64,000 nt of DNA, from the NCBI GenBank assembly GCA_951406725.2, contig OX597841.1, positions 15,066,001 through 15,130,000 on the forward strand. The letters run 5' to 3'. Shown here piece by piece: positions 56,066-64,000 of this stretch. Position 1 is the stretch's first letter; every line of letters begins with the position of its first letter. Source of the stretch: Octopus vulgaris (taxonomy: Eukaryota). Below the pieces are notes generated by a model. The model saw only the letters and a list, made by a program, of their open reading frames with translations. It searched no databases and was not told where the DNA came from. The position numbers were made by a program, and so were the translations under genes.

Positions 56066-56520
56066 TGTATGTATGTATATATGTATGTATGTATATATGT
56101 ATGTATGTATGTATGTATATATGTATGTATATATGTATAAATGTATGTATGTATATATGTATGTATGTATGTATGTATATATGTATGTATGTATATATGT
56201 ATAAATGTATGTATGTATATATGTATGTATATATGTATGTATGTATATATGTATATATTCCTTCCTAATCGCTTTGTGTTTCATAGCAAAATATGAATAT
56301 ACAGAAGGCAAATCTTACCCCGCCGTCGACGCCATCATCATCAGCACGACCATCACTACCACCGTTACCACCACCACCACCACCACCACTACCACCACCA
56401 CCACCACCACCACTACCACCACCACCACCACCACCACCACCACCACCACCACCACCACCACCACCACCACCACCACCACCACAACCACAACCACCACCAC
56501 CACCACCACCACCACCACCA
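55740..56520. repeat. (TATG)n-type tract then (CCA)n
   Basis: Seen directly. Confidence 0.92.
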
Positions 56521-57316
56521 CAAGCTATACTTACAGAACACTTACTCGTCGGCCTCTCCTCGCTCCAGTCACCAAATCTGACTTTTAAAGACCACAAACC
56601 TCCCATCCACCCACCCACCTCGTCCTCCAGCCACAACCCACCCACGACCACCACGACCACCACGACCACCACGACCACCACCACCAATGAAATTTTCAAA
56701 TCTTAAACCTTCGCAACCTAATTAAATAATCAAAGCAATTAAACTGCGATAGAACAGATTGTCGTAGCTAAGCCGACGGCATTAATTAGCCCTGCGCCTG
56801 TCCATTAGAGGTCTTTAGCCAGAGTCTAATTGGGCGAACGTAATTAGACAATCTTTTGTGGGTGGGTGGGTGTAAGGGGGGAAGGATGGGAGGTGATAAT
56901 TGTGGTGGTGGTGGCGGTGGTAGCGGTGGTGACGGTGCAGGATATCGCAGGAAGTGGTTTGTATTTGAGGGAGAGAGAGGGAGAGAGAAGGAGGGAGGGG
57001 GAGAGGGGTGAAAGAGAGAGAAGGAGCAGAGAGAGGTTGTGTGGGTCAGGGAGACAGAGGGAGAGACGGAGAGAGACGGAGAATGAGGAATAGAGAAAGA
57101 GGAGTAGAGAGAGGATAGAGAGAAGCACACACACACAGACACACACACACACATATATGTATATATATATATGTACACACATATATATACACACACATAT
57201 GTATATACATAAATATACACACGCATGTATATATATATACATAACACATGTGTATATATATACATACACACACACATATATATATGTATATATATATATA
57301 TATATATGTATACATA

Positions 57317-57373
<57 letters not shown>

Positions 57374-57378
57374 GTATG

Positions 57379-57447
<69 letters not shown>

Positions 57448-57710
57448 GCATACACACACATATATGTACTAAAATAAAAAATAATAATAAAGCTGAAGTA
57501 AAAAAAAATGACCACCCCGAAACATAACAATATATGTTTCAATACACGATTTCACATCAAGAATCTTGCGAAACAAATGCAAAAACGTATATACGCGAAC
57601 ACACAAACCACACACACACACACAGACATACACACACAGACACAGACACACAGACACAGAGACACACACAGAGACACACACAGAGACACACACAGACACA
57701 CATACACACA

Positions 57711-57755
<45 letters not shown>

Positions 57756-58009
57756 TGTTGAAGAACAATGTCATTGACTGTGACATCGAAGTGTTGGTTG
57801 ACTTTTAAAGACCACAAACCTCCCGGCCATAACAAGCGATGGACCGCGATGCATTGAGACGAATCTTGGCTTGGCATATAGTCTCTGCTGAGCAAAAGAA
57901 TTCCAGGAGTGTGTGGATTTCAGTGAGACAGTTATTAGGGTTTTACGGTGGGTTGTTATGGAGAGGTGTTTTGAAGAAATTTTTATTGCTTAAATTTGGA
58001 GTAGTATTA

Positions 58010-58425
58010 TTACTCTTTTATTCTTTTACTCTTTTACTTGTTTCAGTCATTTGACTGCGGCCATGCTGGAGCACCACCTTTAGTCGAGCAAATCGACCCC
58101 GGGACTTATTCTTTTGCAAACCCAGTACTTATTCTATCGGTCTCTTTTGCCGAACCGCTAAGTGACGGGGACGTAAACACACCAGCATCGGTTGTCAAGC
58201 GATGCTAGGGTGACAAACACAGACACAAAAACACACACATACACATATATATATATATATATACATATATACGACAGGCTTCTTTCAGTTTCCGTCTACC
58301 AAATCCAATCACAAGGCATTGGTCGGCCCGGGGCTATAGCAGAAGACACTTGCCCAAGATGCCACGCAGTGGGACTGAACCTGGAACCATGTGGTTGGTT
58401 AGCAAGCTACTTACCACACAGCCAC
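58010..58425 (-). mobile_element. SINE family A, full length
   Basis: Family motifs. Confidence 0.9.
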
Positions 58426-58620
58426 GTTTAAAATGTATCTATGTATGCAGAACTTTGTAAGCGTGTATATTTGGGTGTGTCCATTTTGTTCGGTCTGTAC
58501 AGGATGTATACACATATACATACACACACACACACATACGCACACACGCACACACGCACACACACACACACACACACATACACACACAGACACACACACT
58601 CACACACACACACACACATA

Positions 58621-58780
58621 TACGATGGGTTTGTTTCAGTTTCCGTTTACCAAATCCACTTGCAAGGCTTTTGGTCGGTCCGAGGAAGAAACATGCCGAA
58701 GGTGTCTGTGCAGTGGGCCTGAACACGGAACCATGTGGTTGGTAAGCAAGCTTCTTACCGAAACAGCCACACCTGCGCCT
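58621..58780 (-). mobile_element. SINE family A, diverged 5' half
   Basis: Head-to-head with the next copy. Confidence 0.78.
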
Positions 58781-58804
58781 ATATACACACACAACACATA
58801 CATA

Positions 58805-59215
58805 GGCGCAGGAGTGGCTGTGTGGTAAGTAGCTTGTTTACCAACCACATGGTTCCGGGTTCAGTCCCACTGCGTGGCACCTTGGGCAAGTGTCTTCTAC
58901 TATAGCCTCAGGCCGACCAAACCCTTGTGAGTGGATTTGGTAGACGGAAAGAAGCCCGTCGTATATATGTATATATATATGTATATGTATGTGTTTGTGT
59001 GTTTGTGTGTCTGTGTTTGTTCCCCTAGCATTGCTTGACAACCGATGCTGGTGTGTTTCTGTCCCCGTCACTTAGCTGTTCGGCAAAAGAGACCGATAGA
59101 ATAAGTACTGGGCTTACAAAAGAATAAGTCCCGGGGTCGAGTTGCTCGATTAAAGGCGGTGCTCCAGCATGGCCGCAGTCAAATGACTGAAACAAGTAAA
59201 TAAGAGTAAAAAAAA
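58805..59215 (+). mobile_element. SINE family A, full length
   Basis: Family motifs. Confidence 0.9.
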
Positions 59216-59218
59216 AAA

Positions 59219-59254
<36 letters not shown>

Positions 59255-59809
59255 AGAGAGGAATAGAGAGGGAATGAGAGAGGAGGAGAGAGAGCGGGAA
59301 AAAACAAAGTGGAGGGAAAAGAGAAAGAGAGCAAGATTCTCGTGAAAAACATTGCAAAAACCCAAGAGAGAATCATAGAGTGATGTAACTCTCAGAGAGC
59401 TCAGCCATAACTGTGTCACGTGATGCACAGAAACCAGATTACACAGAAATTTCGAAATTGTTTTAAAAATTTTATACATTTTATATATATATAAAAAAAA
59501 AACGAACTGTAACTTTTGAAAGAAGACGAAATTGTGTAATTGTATAAAATTTAATCCTTTTAAATTGTGTAACTCGTGAATTTGAACGCCACGGGGAGAG
59601 AAACTGGATTAGCGTAGAAAGTGAGAGAGGTAGATAGATGTATACGTGCAAACACAGACACGCATACGCACGCATACACACGCACACACATACACATGCA
59701 CACACACACACACACACACAACACACATACACACGGCACAGACACACACGCATATATATATATAGAGAGAGAGCAAGAGAGAAAAAATGGCAGGAATAGA
59801 TACGCAAAT

Positions 59810-59845
<36 letters not shown>

Positions 59846-59897
59846 GTGTGTGTGTATTTATATATATTATATATATATGTATGTATGTATGTATATA

Positions 59898-60025
<128 letters not shown>

Positions 60026-60032
60026 TCATTTG

Positions 60033-60133
<101 letters not shown>

Positions 60134-60795
60134 TATTTTCGACTGTACATCACCTGCAATTTCTTCGAGATATTTCTTGTTTTTTCAGACATAATCGCTG
60201 TTTTCGAATGTTCTTAGGAATTTATTCAATATTGTCATTAGAATACAATTGTAAACGTAGTTAAAATTGGATAGAATGTATGTATATATAAATACACATG
60301 TATGTATACACACACCCTCACACGTATATGTGTATATATATGTATGTTTATATCGATATTCTTCCTTGTGTTGGTGAAACTCATGTATCTCTGCTGTAAG
60401 GCTTCATTTCCACACGCGCTAGCGTAATTCAATTCGTCCTTAGTCGAAAGACACCTGTTGTTATGTCCTGTTATTATTTTTATTGTATTTATATTTGTGT
60501 AACATTGTCCGTTTTTTTTCCGTTCTTGTTTTTGTATACATTCGCTGCTTTCTTCCAAGGAATCTAATGCTCTTAGCTTAGTTTTTTCTTGTGGCTGGCC
60601 AGATTGGAGCAATCTCGAGTATAACCACCCAAAATTGCGAGGATAATCTGGTTCTTGACTGAAGATAGAAAACTTCGAATGACCCGTCCTTGTTTTTTTG
60701 TACCGTCTATCTGGATGTTTTGTTGTCCCTTTTTGTATGACCGAGTTGTCCGGATGTTTTGCTTTCTTATCCATTTTGTATTTTATATATATATG

Positions 60796-60844
<49 letters not shown>

Positions 60845-61008
60845 TTTACTTAAAGCAGCAGAAAATTCAACAAAACCTGTTACTCTGAGTTTCACGTTCC
60901 CGTTCGTCGTACAGTTTTTTCTAGCAAAAACTGTCCGCATATTACTCTACCACTGGTATCTGAGTATTTTTTTTCCACCATTTTGTGTCACATTTATGTG
61001 TTTACTCC

Positions 61009-61064
<56 letters not shown>

Positions 61065-61093
61065 TGCTTTAAATATATATACTGGTATTTGAG

Positions 61094-61158
<65 letters not shown>

Positions 61159-61159
61159 G

Positions 61160-61233
<74 letters not shown>

Positions 61234-61359
61234 ATGTATGTATATACATAGATATATGTGTATACACGATCACACACATACACACACACATATACATGTA
61301 ACTCTTTAACTCTTTAACTATTTTCAACTCGGGTGTCGAGTCACCCTTATAAGTATGTA

Positions 61360-61488
61360 CAGGGTGATTCAAAAGTCGCCATGCATAAGAATAATTTATT
61401 TCTTTAATAAGTAAGTTTTTTATTTAACTGCTTCTGATAAAAAAAAGATAATTTTTTTCCTATCGATGGTGACTTTTGAATCACCCTG
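61360..61488. mobile_element. Tc1/mariner-type MITE (129 bp)
   Basis: TA|CAGGGTGATTCAAAAGTCGCCAT ... ATGGTGACTTTTGAATCACCCTG|TA; 23-bp TIR, 1 mismatch, TA TSD. Confidence 0.92.
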
Positions 61489-61508
61489 TATATTTAACCA
61501 TCTCACAT

Positions 61509-61558
61509 GGTCTCTGATGAGGGGATATCTCTAAAATTCCAGAAACAGCTGTAAGATT
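61509..61558 (+). ncRNA. Hammerhead ribozyme motif
   Basis: ggtct CTGATGA (61514-61520) g gggat/attcc a GAAAC AGCT GTA agatt; palindromic ACAGCTGT; non-canonical G-A at the base of stem II. Confidence 0.68.
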
Positions 61559-61615
61559 CACATTATTTACATTATTTACATTTGACGTATATTTGTCCTC
61601 ATCTTGTTTGTTGTT

Positions 61616-61661
61616 AACACAACGTTTCGGCTGTTATACCCTCCAGCCTTCATCAGGTATC
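61616..61661 (-). ncRNA. Minimal hammerhead ribozyme
   Basis: Minus: gatac CTGATGA a ggctg...cagcc GAAAC GTT gtgtt. Confidence 0.78.
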
Positions 61662-61708
61662 TTGGGGAAATTTCGAACCTGGGTTTTCATTCCTAAGGTA
61701 TTTTTTGA

Positions 61709-61789
<81 letters not shown>

Positions 61790-61797
61790 CATCATCA

Positions 61798-61886
<89 letters not shown>

Positions 61887-62364
61887 GAGTGAGAGAGCAG
61901 TGCATGCCATCAAATCGACACTGGGGTACAAATATACGAAGCCCAGTATACCCATCATGACTACCTGTCTGATAAGGGTACACCAGGCACATGCATCACA
62001 ACCATATGTGCACGATATAGTGATCTCATATCAAGATAAATAGCACATGACCTTGCAGGTGGGGCCCAGTTAGAATTTTCTTCTGGTCGAGTAACCCATC
62101 CCACTCAAAAGGTCCCCGAATAAGGGTTATTTAAGGATGTTAAATGAAACACCCATGTTTCCAGAGGTGAATTATTCAAACCCCAAAGAATCCCCTCTCA
62201 ACACATGGCTATGATGCTCCCCCACTACGTCTGCTCGTGATCAGAGATGCGCATATCGTCAGCCACTAAGGGTCATAATCAATTGGTTAAGGTCAAATAA
62301 CTGACAAGCAAATCTGTGGTATTGAGCAGAATATTTGCTGTAGCCCATATTTTATACCAAGACA

Positions 62365-62365
<1 letters not shown>
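61887..62365. mobile_element. Probable non-coding element embedded in (TTA)n
   Basis: About 480 bp of complex sequence sharply bounded by (TTA)n at 61711-61886 and 62366-62457. Confidence 0.5.
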
Positions 62366-62459
<94 letters not shown>

Positions 62460-62667
62460 CTGATATTACTTATCATATATATATATATATATGACAGATT
62501 TCTTTCAGTCCATCAAACCCACTCAAAAAGGCTTTGGTCAGCCCGGGTCTATAAGCAGAAGACACTTGCCCAATGGTACAAAAACCGAAACTGCGAGGCT
62601 TGCAAAATGCATACACAACTATAATATAGAAATACGATTCAATTAATAATAATAAAAAAAGAAAGAA

Positions 62668-62885
62668 GCAGTGGCCTAGTGGTTAGGGCAGCGGACTCGC
62701 GGTCGCAGGATCGCGGTTTCGATTCTCAGACCGGGCGTTGTGTGTGTTTATTGAGCGAAAACACCTAAAAAAGCTCTACGAGGCTCCGGCAGGGGGTGGT
62801 GATCCCTGCTGTACTCTTTCACCACAATGGCGGTGCCCCAGCATGGCCACAGCTCAAGAGCTGAAACTGGAAAAACAAACAAAAA
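62668..62885 (+). mobile_element. SINE with family C head and family A-like tail
   Basis: Matches the 5' part of family C to ctgtactctttcaccacaa, then tggcggtgccccagcatggccacag tail. Confidence 0.8.
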
Positions 62886-63111
62886 CAAAGCAAGAAAAAG
62901 CGAATGAAATTAAAAAACAAACAAACAAGCGAACAGGCATCTCAGGAATTTGTACGAAACGTGTTTTCGGGGTTGTCTTTTCCTGCATTTTAGATTTGAA
63001 TGCTTTTGTAAGTGAGGGGTGTATCATCTTATGTTAGAATATCCGAGGAAAGATAAGCGAATGGCACGTACGTAAAAATGTACTTACCTGCGTTTTATCT
63101 GTTATATAAAC

Positions 63112-63530
<419 letters not shown>

Positions 63531-64000
63531 ATAGGCACACCTGATTATTCACAAATTATCTGATAATTTGTTTTTCTTCTTCGTTCTTATCTCTGCATTC
63601 ATAGCCTCACGATGGATTTAATCCTGTTGCACAATGAGAGGATGAAACTAACAGGTGTAATGCGATCGCCACTTAATCCAGTTCTCGAAGGAAATTATTG
63701 GAGTCTATTTTTTTTTTCTTATTAGATCAGTCCTCTTGTTTAAAACAATTTTGCTTTACGTACACAGACAGACAGACAGACAGATACACACACACACACA
63801 CACACACAAACACACACGCACGCACATACACACACGCATACGCATACATAAACACACAAACAGAGGCACGTGTGCATTTTCACACGCAAAAGCGCGTACG
63901 AGCATTCACCCATTGCTTAAACACACGCAGACACACACGCATACACATACACACACGTACACATACACGCATTCGTGTACACACACGCGTGCGCACAAAC

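Overview
Eukaryotic, gene-poor window made mostly of microsatellites and interspersed repeats. The SINE families look like those I recall from Octopus/cephalopod genomes (recall, not a database result). No recognisable intact host gene; nearly all ORFs in the track are translations of simple repeats. Contents: about 30 copies or fragments of a tRNA-headed SINE (family A), a Nin/Deu-domain-like SINE (B), further tRNA-headed SINEs (C, D), two tandem 3' fragments of an R4/Dong-type RLE retrotransposon in (TAA)n, a complete non-autonomous Helitron, a mariner transposase fossil, several MITEs and tandem arrays. The most notable unannotated signal is at least 14 hammerhead-ribozyme motifs (intact or decayed) with short palindromic stem III. 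They lie in short non-coding modules, mostly within or beside (TA)n tracts, and two sit in the arms of a 450-bp near-perfect palindrome. This suggests several Penelope-like/retrozyme-like families. All structures were paired by eye and repeat boundaries are approximate.
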